A stretch of 64,000 nucleotides of DNA from assembly GCA_044224875.1 (NCBI GenBank), contig JBGAJQ010000009.1:32001-96000 (forward strand). Direction: 5' to 3'. The stretch comes from Gemmatimonadaceae bacterium. Lineage in GTDB: Bacteria > Gemmatimonadota > Gemmatimonadetes > Gemmatimonadales > Gemmatimonadaceae. Below, piece after piece: positions 8,097-17,604 of the stretch (the stretch's first letter is position 1; each line of letters starts with the position of its first letter). Below the pieces are notes generated by a model. The model was not told the origin of the DNA. It did no database searches and worked only from the letters and a program-made list of their open reading frames with translations. The translations under genes were made by a program, and so were the position numbers.

Positions 8097-10304
8097 GTGA
8101 ACCAGAGGCGTCAGGGATCCCGAATTGAGCTGGGCCGGGCGTGCTACCAGAGGGGTAGACTCGAGGCGGTCCTGAGGGCTGCCGCGCTCGCTTCGCTGCT
8201 AGTGGCGATGACGGGATTGCCGGCCTGGGGACAACGGGGAGACTCCGCACGCTGTCCGCGCGGCCTGTCGCCGTTCTCCACGCCGTTTTGTTCCGAGCTG
8301 GTGGCGGTACCGACGTTGCCGCAAGTGACCGGGATGATGGAGCTGCAACCCCTCCGTTCGCCGTTCGGGGTCTCGGTGTCGTCGGACGGACGACTGCGGC
8401 ATCGGATCATCCTCGACATATCCGGACTGCCGCGCCCGGATTCGCTGGGTGCGTACACGCGATATGTCGCGTGGGCCTACACCATCACGATGGACCGGGA
8501 AATCCGGTTGGGTGAGGTGCGTAACGGGCACACGGATGTCGGCGAGATTCCGTACGAGCCATTTCGCGTGCTGGTGACGGCCGAGGCGTCAGCGATGCCA
8601 GCGCATCGTGGGGCGGGGAAACTGGTGCTGCGGGCCACGTCACCGAGCGCGTTGTTGCTGGCGCATCGTGACGCCGTGTTGGCGATGACCGGACGCATGA
8701 CGGTTGGCGGCGAGCCGATTGCAGCTGGCGACCACATGGGGCACGATATGCCGGGCATGTGGTCCATGCCGCCCGACGACCCGCGGTTGGCGCCGATGGC
8801 CATGCCGCACATGACGCCGGGGACTCCGCCGATGCTCCCCGACACCACGGGCCGGCCCGTCACTCCGGCGCGGCCGCGCGAGTTGGTCACGTTGCACGAC
8901 GGCGACACCCTGACGCTGCGTGCGGGACTCGTGCGCCGGACCATTGGCAGTCGCACGTTCGTCATGTACGGCTACAACGGGCAGTACCCGGGGCCGCTGA
9001 TCCGTGTGCGTCAGGCCACGGAGGTGACCATCCTGTTCCACAATGACCTTGACCTTCCCTCGACGGTGCACTGGCACGGGTTGCGCCTGGAAAACCGCTT
9101 CGACGGTGTCCCTGACCTGACGCAGGAGGCGGTCGCACCTGGCGACTCGTTCGTGTATCGGCTGCGGTTTCCTGACGCCGGCATCTACTGGTACCATCCG
9201 CACGTGCGTGAAGACGTCCAGCAGGAGTTGGGGCTCTACGGGAACATCCTCGTCGCCCGTCGCGCGCAGGCGCGAGTGCCGGTGCACCGTGAGGAGGTGG
9301 TGGCGCTGGATGATTTCCTGGCGGGAGGCGCCGGGCCGGTCCCATTCGGCCGCGACGTGCCGACCTACGCGCTGATGGGGCGGTTCGGGAACATCTACCT
9401 GCTGAACGGAGAACCGAACTATACGTTAGGCGTGAAGCGGGGTGAGGTGGTCCGTTTCTATTTCACCAATGTCGCGAATGCGCGGACGTTCAACCTCAGG
9501 ATCCCCGGCGCACGACTCAAACTGGTCGCGTCGGACCTGGGAGATTTCGAACGCGAGGAGTGGGTGGAGAGCGTGGTCATTGCACCGGCCGAACGGTACG
9601 TCGTGGAAGCGCGCTTCGATTCGCCCGGAACTCTGCCCATCCTGAACAGCGTGCAGTGGCTGGACCACATGATGGGCACCTTCACTGCGGTCGATGATAC
9701 GCTGGGCCGCGTGGTGGTGAGCGACACAGCCGCCGCTCCGGACTATCGTCGGTCATTCGAGCGGCTCCGCACGAACCCACACGCGGCCAGGGAGCTCGCG
9801 CCGCTGCGGCGGCGTATTCCGGACACCCCCGATCACCAGCTGACGTTAGGCGTACGGGTGCGCAACGTCTCGCCGTTGGTGATGGCGATGATGACGGGAA
9901 TGCCAGTATTGGTGGACTGGAACGACGGAATGCCGATGATGAACTGGCCGATCACGGGCGACGAAGTCACCTGGTTCCTTCGGGATGAGACGGGCAAGGA
10001 GAACATGGACATCCGGTGGCACTTCCGCCGCGGCGACCTGGTGAAGATCCGGCTAACGAATGACCCCGCGACGCTGCACGCCATGGCCCATCCCATTCAC
10101 TTCCATGGTCAGCGGCTCGCGGTGGTGAGTCGCAATGGCGTACCGAACGACAATCTGGTGTGGAAAGACACGGCGCTGCTGCCGGCCGGGGAGACGATGG
10201 ACATCCTGCTGGAGGTGACGAACCCCGGCCAATGGATGGCGCACTGTCATGTGGCGGAGCATCTTGGGACCGGCATGATGCTCGTGTTCGACGTGAGTTC
10301 CTAG
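8097..10304 (+). CDS. Multicopper oxidase with extra N-terminal domain and Met/His-rich linker (start uncertain)
   Basis: All four Cu motifs present: HWHG, WYHPH, HPIHFHG, HCHVAEHLGTGMM. Confidence 0.92.
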   Translation: MNQRRQGSRIELGRACYQRGRLEAVLRAAALASLLVAMTGLPAWGQRGDSARCPRGLSPFSTPFCSELVAVPTLPQVTGMMELQPLRSPFGVSVSSDGRLRHRIILDISGLPRPDSLGAYTRYVAWAYTITMDREIRLGEVRNGHTDVGEIPYEPFRVLVTAEASAMPAHRGAGKLVLRATSPSALLLAHRDAVLAMTGRMTVGGEPIAAGDHMGHDMPGMWSMPPDDPRLAPMAMPHMTPGTPPMLPDTTGRPVTPARPRELVTLHDGDTLTLRAGLVRRTIGSRTFVMYGYNGQYPGPLIRVRQATEVTILFHNDLDLPSTVHWHGLRLENRFDGVPDLTQEAVAPGDSFVYRLRFPDAGIYWYHPHVREDVQQELGLYGNILVARRAQARVPVHREEVVALDDFLAGGAGPVPFGRDVPTYALMGRFGNIYLLNGEPNYTLGVKRGEVVRFYFTNVANARTFNLRIPGARLKLVASDLGDFEREEWVESVVIAPAERYVVEARFDSPGTLPILNSVQWLDHMMGTFTAVDDTLGRVVVSDTAAAPDYRRSFERLRTNPHAARELAPLRRRIPDTPDHQLTLGVRVRNVSPLVMAMMTGMPVLVDWNDGMPMMNWPITGDEVTWFLRDETGKENMDIRWHFRRGDLVKIRLTNDPATLHAMAHPIHFHGQRLAVVSRNGVPNDNLVWKDTALLPAGETMDILLEVTNPGQWMAHCHVAEHLGTGMMLVFDVSS

Positions 10305-10339
10305 CGCGGTTATCTCACCTTCTCTCGGTGGCCCTTCTC

Positions 10340-11770
10340 ATGATTGCGATTCGCGTGCGTGCCACGCTCCTGCTGCTCGCGGTGGTGTCGCGAGGGAGCG
10401 CGGCGCAAGAACGCCAGCTGTCGGCCAGTGTCCGCAACTACGCCTCCGTGACGGCACCGACGGTCGCGCTGACGCACGTCCGGGTCATCGATGGGACGGG
10501 CGCACCGGCACGCGACGACCAGACGATCGTGATCTCGGGGGACAAGATCACCGCTGTGGGTGCGGCCGCCGACGTGGCGATTCCGGCGGGCGCCCAAGTG
10601 TTGGACCTGTCGGGCCACACGGCCATTCCCGGGTTGGTGGGTTTGCACGATCACATGTACTACTCATCGGCAGCTGGCGGATCAATGAAGATGATGATCC
10701 AGAGCTACCCCCGGCTGTTCCTCGGTGCCGGCGTGACGACCATTCGCACGGCGGGGAGCACCGATTCGTACCAGGAGTTGAACCTGAAGACGCGCATCGA
10801 CAACGGTGACGCCGTGGGCCCGACGCTGTTCGTCACCGGTCCGTACCTGCAGGGTGCCGGCGGCGGACTTGGGCCGATGCACCCGCTGAGTGGCCCGGAC
10901 GATGCCCGCCGAACCGTACGGTACTGGGCCGAGGAGGGTGTGAGCTGGTTCAAGGCATACACGCAGATCTCGCGGGCCGACCTGGGCGCGGCGATCGATG
11001 AAGCGCACAAGCATGGTGTGAAGGTGACGGCACACCTTTGCTCGGTGGGGTATCGTGAAGCCGTGGCGTTAGGCATCGACAACCTCGAGCACGGGATGTT
11101 CGCCAACTCGGAGTTCTACAAGAACAAGCAGCCCGACGTCTGCCCGACGGTCGGCGACAGCGCCGTCTTCGCGGATGCCAACCTCGACAACCCGGACGTG
11201 CAACGCACGATCCAGGAGATGATCAAGCACAAGGTCTCGCTGACCTCCACCTTGGCGGTGTACGAGACCTCCACGCCGACGCGCGTCACCCGCGATGCGC
11301 GCGTGATCGATGCGCTCTTCCCCGATGCGGCGACGGCGGTGGACCGCTGGTACTCGACCGCCGGCACCGCGAAAGACGCGAACTCACGCGCCGTGTTACA
11401 AAAGACGATGGCGTTTGAACGTGCCTTTTTCAAAGCGGGCGGACTCCTCGGGGCCGGTTCAGATCCCTGCTGTCTGCACGTCATCGCCGGGTACGGCGAC
11501 CAGCGCAACTATGAAATCCTGATCGAGGCGGGGTTTTCGCCAGAAGAGGCGGTGCAGGTCATGACGCTGAACGGCGCCCGCGTGCTGGGAATAGCCGATC
11601 GTGTCGGTAGCCTCAAACCCAACATGCAGGCCGACATCGTCATCCTGCAGGGAAATCTCCTGGAAGCGCCAGTCAATATCCGCCGCACGGTCACGGTCTT
11701 TCGCAAAGGTATCGGGTTCGACTCAGCGAAGTTGATCGCCAGCATCAAGGGGCAGGTCGGGCTCAAGTAG
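10340..11770 (+). CDS. Secreted metal-dependent amidohydrolase
   Basis: Signal peptide from ATG 10340; 'PGLVGLHDH', 'GVTTIRTAG', 'KAY', 'AHL', 'LEHG', 'GSD', 'GSLKPNMQADIV'. Confidence 0.88.
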   Translation: MIAIRVRATLLLLAVVSRGSAAQERQLSASVRNYASVTAPTVALTHVRVIDGTGAPARDDQTIVISGDKITAVGAAADVAIPAGAQVLDLSGHTAIPGLVGLHDHMYYSSAAGGSMKMMIQSYPRLFLGAGVTTIRTAGSTDSYQELNLKTRIDNGDAVGPTLFVTGPYLQGAGGGLGPMHPLSGPDDARRTVRYWAEEGVSWFKAYTQISRADLGAAIDEAHKHGVKVTAHLCSVGYREAVALGIDNLEHGMFANSEFYKNKQPDVCPTVGDSAVFADANLDNPDVQRTIQEMIKHKVSLTSTLAVYETSTPTRVTRDARVIDALFPDAATAVDRWYSTAGTAKDANSRAVLQKTMAFERAFFKAGGLLGAGSDPCCLHVIAGYGDQRNYEILIEAGFSPEEAVQVMTLNGARVLGIADRVGSLKPNMQADIVILQGNLLEAPVNIRRTVTVFRKGIGFDSAKLIASIKGQVGLK

Positions 11771-11869
11771 TGCACGGGCCGGCCGCCGGGTTCGTTACAA
11801 TGCGCGGCTATTGTTCGAGGTGACGTCCGGGCCCGGTGGCTCGGACGGTTTGCTCTCACTCCCCGCGGT

Positions 11870-12376
11870 ATGCAACTCCTGCTCATCCGACACGCGATCG
11901 CCGAAGCGCGCGAGGACTTCGCGATTACCGGCAAGAACGACGCTGAGCGTCCTCTGACGGAGTACGGTCGACGCCGCATGGCGAAGAATGCGCGAGGCAT
12001 GCGTCGCGTGTCGCCAAAGATCGACGTGATGGTCAGCAGCCCCTACGTGCGCGCGCGCGAGACCGCCCGTATCGTGGCGACCGCGTTAGGTGTGCGGAAT
12101 GTCCTGACGGTCGATGCCCTGACGCCGGATCAACACCCGAAGGAGTTCTTCGCGTGGTTGGGCACGCAGGCGACCGATGCCGTGATCGCCGCGGTCGGTC
12201 ACGAGCCGCACCTGTCGCGCCTGCTGATGTGGGGTCTGGCGCAGAAGGCCGAGGCGAGTGCGGAGTTCAAGAAGGGTGGTGCCGCTCTCGTGGACTTTGG
12301 CTCCGGGTGCAAGGCGGGGACAGGCATCCTCCGGTGGTTGGTGACGCCCGCTCAGCTGCGGTCGATCGCGGACTAG
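11870..12376 (+). CDS. sixA: SixA-type phosphohistidine phosphatase
   Basis: 'LIRHAIA', 'RPLTEYG', 'SSPYVRARETA', 'VGHEP', 'FKKGG'. Confidence 0.85.
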   Translation: MQLLLIRHAIAEAREDFAITGKNDAERPLTEYGRRRMAKNARGMRRVSPKIDVMVSSPYVRARETARIVATALGVRNVLTVDALTPDQHPKEFFAWLGTQATDAVIAAVGHEPHLSRLLMWGLAQKAEASAEFKKGGAALVDFGSGCKAGTGILRWLVTPAQLRSIAD

Positions 12377-12379
12377 TCA

Positions 12380-13837
12380 ATGTCGAACTTGTCGGAGCTG
12401 GCGACGACCGAGGTGTCTTCTCACGGGGTACGCCGCGTGGCCCTGTCGCTCATGGCCGACGTGCGAAGCGAGCGAGCACGCCTCCGGGCGCCGGGTGACC
12501 CTGACGCCTTGCACGACTTTCGTGTGGCCGTACGCCGCCTACGCAGCTGGATGCGCATGATGGACGAGGATCTGCGGGATTCCAGCCCGCGCGGTGTGCG
12601 AAAGGCGCTCCAGGAATACGGTGAGCGGTCGAACGCGGGGCGCGACGCCGAGGTGCTGCGCGAGTGGTTGATGCTCACGGTCAAGGAACTCGCGCCACGC
12701 CACCGGCCCGCGGCGCGGTGGCTCATGCGACTGCAAGACAGTCGGCACCGAACGGCGGATCACGAACTGCATGAGGTGCTGGACAAATCCTTCGACGCGG
12801 TCATGCAGAGGCTCGAGCGCCGGCTTCGTCGATTCCGGACGGTGGTGCACTTGGATGCACACCGTGCCGACCCCACGTTGGCGCAGCGTGTGGCCGACCG
12901 GGCGCGTGTGCAAGGCGCGGTGCTGCGCGAGGCGCTAGCGCAGGTGCAGGACGTGGAAGACGACGCGGCGATTCACGAGGCGCGGATAGCCGGCAAGCGA
13001 CTGCGATACTTGCTGGAGCCGCTGGCGGCGAGCCATCCCGGCCTGCAACCCGTGATCGACCGATTGAAGGGGCTGCAGGACGCGTTAGGAGCCGTACACG
13101 ATGCACATGTGTGGGGTGCGGCGCTGCATCATACGTTGCAGCAGGCGGCAGACGAAGAGGGCCGTTCGTTGCAGCGTGTCGCCACAGGCGCTGCCGCGCA
13201 GCACGGTCGCTCGGCCTTGCCGTCGCGGGCCGGCCTCATGGCGCTGGCTGGGAAGATGCACGATCACGCGGCGCAACAGTTCGACGTGTACCGCGCACAA
13301 TGGGTGGAGTCGGGCAGCGCGCCGTTTCACGAGGATCTCGAGAGAGCCGCGACGGCATTGAGTGAAGAAGCGGCTCCGGCGCCGTTGGAGATTGAACGGA
13401 AATACCTGCTCAAGGGCGTGCCGCGACGCATGCCGCGCGGACGCATGTCCGAGTTGCATCAAGGCTACTTACCAGGAGATCGCATCGTCGAACGCCTGCG
13501 AAAGACGACGCGTGGCCGCAAGAGCACATACGCGCGGACGATCAAGTTCGGGGCGGGAATCGTTCGTACCGAAGTTGAGGAGGCGGTAACACGCGAGTTC
13601 TTCGAGCAGGTCTGGCCACTGACGGAGGGCAAGCGTGTCCTGAAGCAACGGCATGCGATCCGGCATGGTGCGCACACATGGGAGATCGACGTCTTTCGCG
13701 ACCGGACGTTGGTGCTGGCAGAGGTTGAGCTGTCGGAGGCGGACGAGCAACCAGCCTTTCCGCCGTGGTTGGCGCGGTACGTGGTTCGCGACGTCACTGA
13801 CGATCCCGAGTACCTCAACCTCAGGCTTGCGCGGTAG
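12380..13837 (+). CDS. CHAD domain + CYTH (triphosphate tunnel) domain fusion
   Basis: CHAD motifs 'LHDFRVAVRRLRS', 'IHEARIAGKRLRY', 'LQDALGAVHD'; CYTH motifs 'EIERKYL', 'QGYL', 'WEIDVF', 'LAEVEL', 'DVTDDPEYLN'. Confidence 0.9.
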   Translation: MSNLSELATTEVSSHGVRRVALSLMADVRSERARLRAPGDPDALHDFRVAVRRLRSWMRMMDEDLRDSSPRGVRKALQEYGERSNAGRDAEVLREWLMLTVKELAPRHRPAARWLMRLQDSRHRTADHELHEVLDKSFDAVMQRLERRLRRFRTVVHLDAHRADPTLAQRVADRARVQGAVLREALAQVQDVEDDAAIHEARIAGKRLRYLLEPLAASHPGLQPVIDRLKGLQDALGAVHDAHVWGAALHHTLQQAADEEGRSLQRVATGAAAQHGRSALPSRAGLMALAGKMHDHAAQQFDVYRAQWVESGSAPFHEDLERAATALSEEAAPAPLEIERKYLLKGVPRRMPRGRMSELHQGYLPGDRIVERLRKTTRGRKSTYARTIKFGAGIVRTEVEEAVTREFFEQVWPLTEGKRVLKQRHAIRHGAHTWEIDVFRDRTLVLAEVELSEADEQPAFPPWLARYVVRDVTDDPEYLNLRLAR

Positions 13838-13923
13838 TCCACCACGCGCGGCAGGCCTCGTTGTTAGCTTTCCTGCCGGGCGCGTCACATGGTGCGCCCT
13901 TTTCCGTTTCGCACCTCACATCC

Positions 13924-15045
13924 GTGAAGATCTTCGTCGTCACCAACGACTTTTCGCCACGTATAGGCGGCATCAACTACTACGTCGACCAGATGTTTCG
14001 GCACGTAGCGACCGGCGGTGAGGTGACGATTTTTTCATCCAAGTACAAGGGGTGGGAGGCATTCGATCGGACCTACCCGCACGAAGTCGTTCGGATCGAC
14101 ACGGAGATGATGCTGCCCCTGCCGTGGGTCCGACGCCGGCTTCATGAGGAACTGAGGGGGCGGCGGCCGGACGTGGTGCTGTTTGGGGCCACGTGGCCGC
14201 TCGGTCACATGGGACCGGCCATCCGCAGGAAGCTCGACATCCCATTCGGGGGGTTCACTCACGGGTTGGAGCTGACAGGGGCCCTCGTGCCCGGCATGTT
14301 GCACCACATCGGACGATCGGCGTCGTTGCTGACGGCCGTCTCCGAGTGGGCGCGGCGCAAGCTCGAACCGGCGTTTGGGTGGAATGGCCGCATGGCGTTG
14401 CTCCCATCGGGGATCGACACGCAGAGCTTCCATCCCAATGTGAGCGATGCGATCGTGCGGGAGCGACACGGACTTGGTGACGCCCCGGTGATCTGCTGTG
14501 TGTCGCGCATGGTGGCACGCAAGGGCCAGGACATGCTGATCCGCGCGCTGCCCGCCATCCACCGAGAATTTCCCGCCACACGGCTCCTGCTGGTGGGGCA
14601 TGGCCCGTACGAGCCGACGCTGCGGCGGCTTGCGGCGTCGTCGCCAGGGAGCGATCGCGTGATCTTTGCCGGCGCGGTGTCGTACGAGGAACTGCCCGCG
14701 TACTTTCGCGCGGGCGACGTCTTCGCAATGCCATGCCGGTCTCGCCTTGGTGGCCTGGACATCGAGGCGTTAGGCGCCGTGTTCCTTCAGGGGGCCGCGG
14801 TTGGCCGTCCGGTGATCGCGGGCGACTCCGGTGGCGCGCCAGAGGCAGTCAAGCCAAACGAAACCGGTCTTGTGGTAGATCCCGAGTCGCCCCAACGCAT
14901 CGCGGCCGCCATCCTGCAGCTGCTCCGCGACCCCGCACAGGCACGTGCGTTAGGCGAGGCCGGTGCGCGTTGGGTTCACACGGAATGGACGTGGGCCGCC
15001 ATGGCCCAGCGGCTCGACGCCCTGCTGTCGGCCGCTGTTTCGTAG
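13924..15045 (+). CDS. GT4 glycosyltransferase, PimB'-like mannosyltransferase
   Basis: GTG start; 'VTNDFSPRIGGI', 'VSRMVARKGQDMLIRALP', 'DVFAMPCRSRLGGLDIEALG', 'PVIAGDSGGAPE' match the PimB' pattern. Confidence 0.82.
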   Translation: MKIFVVTNDFSPRIGGINYYVDQMFRHVATGGEVTIFSSKYKGWEAFDRTYPHEVVRIDTEMMLPLPWVRRRLHEELRGRRPDVVLFGATWPLGHMGPAIRRKLDIPFGGFTHGLELTGALVPGMLHHIGRSASLLTAVSEWARRKLEPAFGWNGRMALLPSGIDTQSFHPNVSDAIVRERHGLGDAPVICCVSRMVARKGQDMLIRALPAIHREFPATRLLLVGHGPYEPTLRRLAASSPGSDRVIFAGAVSYEELPAYFRAGDVFAMPCRSRLGGLDIEALGAVFLQGAAVGRPVIAGDSGGAPEAVKPNETGLVVDPESPQRIAAAILQLLRDPAQARALGEAGARWVHTEWTWAAMAQRLDALLSAAVS

Positions 15046-15063
15046 CCCCACGCGCGACGACTC

Positions 15064-16203
15064 CTAGACCTCGGCGAGCGCGATCGCGTGCTCGGCGGTA
15101 CCGCCAGACAACTCCAGGTACATCTCCTCCAGCCGATCGACAATGCCATCCCACGCAAAGTCGCGTGCACGGTCAAAGGCCCGAGCGCCGAGCGCGGCCG
15201 CGAATGCAGGGCGTTCGAGCAGCGTCCGCACGCCCTCGGCGAGCGCCGCGGGGTCGGCAGGTGCAACGAGCAGCGCTTCGACGCCATCGCGCGCCACCTC
15301 GCGATATCCCGGAATGTCGCTCGCGACAATGGGAAGCCCGGCCGCCATTGCTTCCACCAACACGATGCCAAAACTCTCCTGACCGGTCGCGGGGCTGATG
15401 AAGCAGTCCGCCGCCTGATGGTAGGTGGGCAAGGCCTCGTCCGTGACTCGACCCTGCATGTGAACGCGATCTCGCAGGTCGATGGGCAGCTCATCGAGCG
15501 CGGCGCGATCAGCCCCCTCTCCTACCACAATCAGCCTGAGGTCGGGATACTCCAGGGCCAAGGTCTTGAAGGCGCGAACGGCGATGGGGAAGCCTTTTCG
15601 GGGCTCCAATCTCCCGACGAACAGGAGCTTCCGACCCGGCGGAAGATTGGCTGGCTTCGCCGAAGCAAAGACATCGACGTCGGCGCCGTTTGGGACAATG
15701 GAGATGGGATCGTAGCCCATGCGCGAACAGACGGAATGCCGAGCGGCCGCCGAGACGGCAATACGGCGATCGACGCGCCTCCAAACCGGGCGTAGCACTG
15801 GAGCGAAAAAGGAGTAAATGCGGCCCTGAAGGTGGTCACGCGTGAAGTACGAGTGAAACGTCGCAACTACTGGTGCACGCGAGTACAGCGTGGCGAACAT
15901 CGACGTTCCGGGCATCTGCGGTTCGTGCACATGCACGATGTCGGGCTTGAAGCGTCGCAGCGTCCGCCGGACGGCGCGCGCAGAGGATGGCGTGACACAG
16001 ATGCGGGCGACTGACCCATTCGACGGCACGGTGATGGTTCCGCCGACAATTTCCACGCCGGGAATTTTCTCCAAGCCGGAGCCCGGGGCCAGGATCAGGA
16101 CTTCATGACCGCGGCTCGTGAGGTGATGTGAGAGCTGGCGGATATGACCCTGAACACCGCCTGGCGCGTCCCAGCTGAATGGGCACACCTGTATAATGCG
16201 CAT
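15064..16203 (-). CDS. GT4 glycosyltransferase, PimA-like phosphatidylinositol alpha-mannosyltransferase
   Basis: 'CPFSWDAPGGVQGH', 'DIVHVHEP', 'PVVATFH', 'GRLEPRKG', 'GQESFGIVLVEAMAAG' match the PimA pattern. Confidence 0.85.
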   Translation of the reverse strand: MRIIQVCPFSWDAPGGVQGHIRQLSHHLTSRGHEVLILAPGSGLEKIPGVEIVGGTITVPSNGSVARICVTPSSARAVRRTLRRFKPDIVHVHEPQMPGTSMFATLYSRAPVVATFHSYFTRDHLQGRIYSFFAPVLRPVWRRVDRRIAVSAAARHSVCSRMGYDPISIVPNGADVDVFASAKPANLPPGRKLLFVGRLEPRKGFPIAVRAFKTLALEYPDLRLIVVGEGADRAALDELPIDLRDRVHMQGRVTDEALPTYHQAADCFISPATGQESFGIVLVEAMAAGLPIVASDIPGYREVARDGVEALLVAPADPAALAEGVRTLLERPAFAAALGARAFDRARDFAWDGIVDRLEEMYLELSGGTAEHAIALAEV

Positions 16204-16242
16204 GCCGTCGCAGTGAGGGTGATGGTGCGGTGGGCCTGCGGT

Positions 16243-17604
16243 TCACCGGCGCGGAACGGGTTGTCCCGCCTGAGGGTGGCGAAGGTTGTAGAGCTGCCCC
16301 GCCACGCCGGCTGCACAAATCAAAGCACCGGCCATACCAAGAGCCAGTCGGTACGGCTGGTTCGCGCCCAACCACGACGCGAGTAGGATTCCCCCGCCGA
16401 CCACGAGGGAGCAGATCATAAATGAAGCCCCGAGAACGAGATCGCGAGTCGAGAAGATGAACCCTCGGGACCCCGTCGGAGCAGCCTCATGCAGTAGTGT
16501 ATCCTGCGAAACCATAATGGGGCCTAACACGGCGCCTCCCACGATGGCAACTGGAACGAACGTGGAAAAGCTGAACCAGATGCTCCCGATCACCATGAGC
16601 ACTCCAACGGTCGTGATGCTCCACAGAATGGTCAGCCTCTTATCCCAGCCACGACCAACAGTTCCGGTGGCGAGCGAGCCCGTGATCAAGCCGACAGCCA
16701 GCAAGCCACCGAGGTACCCCACTCCCCGCGTGCCCTTGCCCATCACCGTCTGCACGGACGCGGTCATAACGACGTATGCGGACGAAGCAAAAGCTGCGAG
16801 CAATACCACAGAAAAAAAGACGAAGCGCAGTGTGTCATCTGTACGAACGACCGCCAGTGTAGAGCGTATGTCTCGTACGATCCCGCGCATGTTCAGTTTC
16901 GTCGATGCCGGTGCTGCGCTACTCTCGGCCACTTCGTCTCGATCTTGGCGCTTACCACCGCCCAGCCAGGCGATGACCGTTAGCGTGATGACCGAAAAGA
17001 AGAAGGAAGCCGAATCCATGTAAAACCCCGCGGCGTAATCGCTCCAACCAAAGCGGTGCCACACGCTCCAACCGATCGCGATGCCGCCGCCGACGATGCC
17101 GGCCACAGTTGCGACGCGGCCGATCGACGTGAGCGCTGCATTGGCCGCGAGCAATTGCGGTCGCAGCACGAGCTCGGGAATCAGGGCCATCTTCGCGGCA
17201 TTGAAGAACAGTCCCAGCGCAAAGACGCAGAACGCGACCACGTACACTGGCCAGAGGTGTCCAGTCACCGCATAGAGCGTGGGAATGAGAGCCACCATGA
17301 CGGTGCGCATCGCATCGCAGGCGATCATCGTCAAGCGCTTGTCCCAGCGGTCGACCATGGCCCCTGCGATCGGTCCAAAGACGATCACGGGAAGCGTGAA
17401 GACAACGGAGAGCTTCGCCAGTTCAATCCCGCCACTGTCGGCGGTCGCTCCAGCTCCAACAAGGGCAATGAGCGCCATGTGGTGTAGCTTGTCGCCCAAC
17501 TGCGAAATCGTCTGGCCGGCGACGAGGAGCGAGAACGGCGGACGCTTGAGCACGTCCACGATACCGTTACCGTCGGGTGCGCGCGTCGCCGGGGTGTCGG
17601 TCAT
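16243..17604 (-). CDS. MFS transporter (12 TM)
   Basis: 'GQTISQLGD', motif A 'GAMVDRWDKR', about 12 hydrophobic segments; ATG 17604 overlaps the acyltransferase stop (ATGA). Confidence 0.88.
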   Translation of the reverse strand: MTDTPATRAPDGNGIVDVLKRPPFSLLVAGQTISQLGDKLHHMALIALVGAGATADSGGIELAKLSVVFTLPVIVFGPIAGAMVDRWDKRLTMIACDAMRTVMVALIPTLYAVTGHLWPVYVVAFCVFALGLFFNAAKMALIPELVLRPQLLAANAALTSIGRVATVAGIVGGGIAIGWSVWHRFGWSDYAAGFYMDSASFFFSVITLTVIAWLGGGKRQDRDEVAESSAAPASTKLNMRGIVRDIRSTLAVVRTDDTLRFVFFSVVLLAAFASSAYVVMTASVQTVMGKGTRGVGYLGGLLAVGLITGSLATGTVGRGWDKRLTILWSITTVGVLMVIGSIWFSFSTFVPVAIVGGAVLGPIMVSQDTLLHEAAPTGSRGFIFSTRDLVLGASFMICSLVVGGGILLASWLGANQPYRLALGMAGALICAAGVAGQLYNLRHPQAGQPVPRR

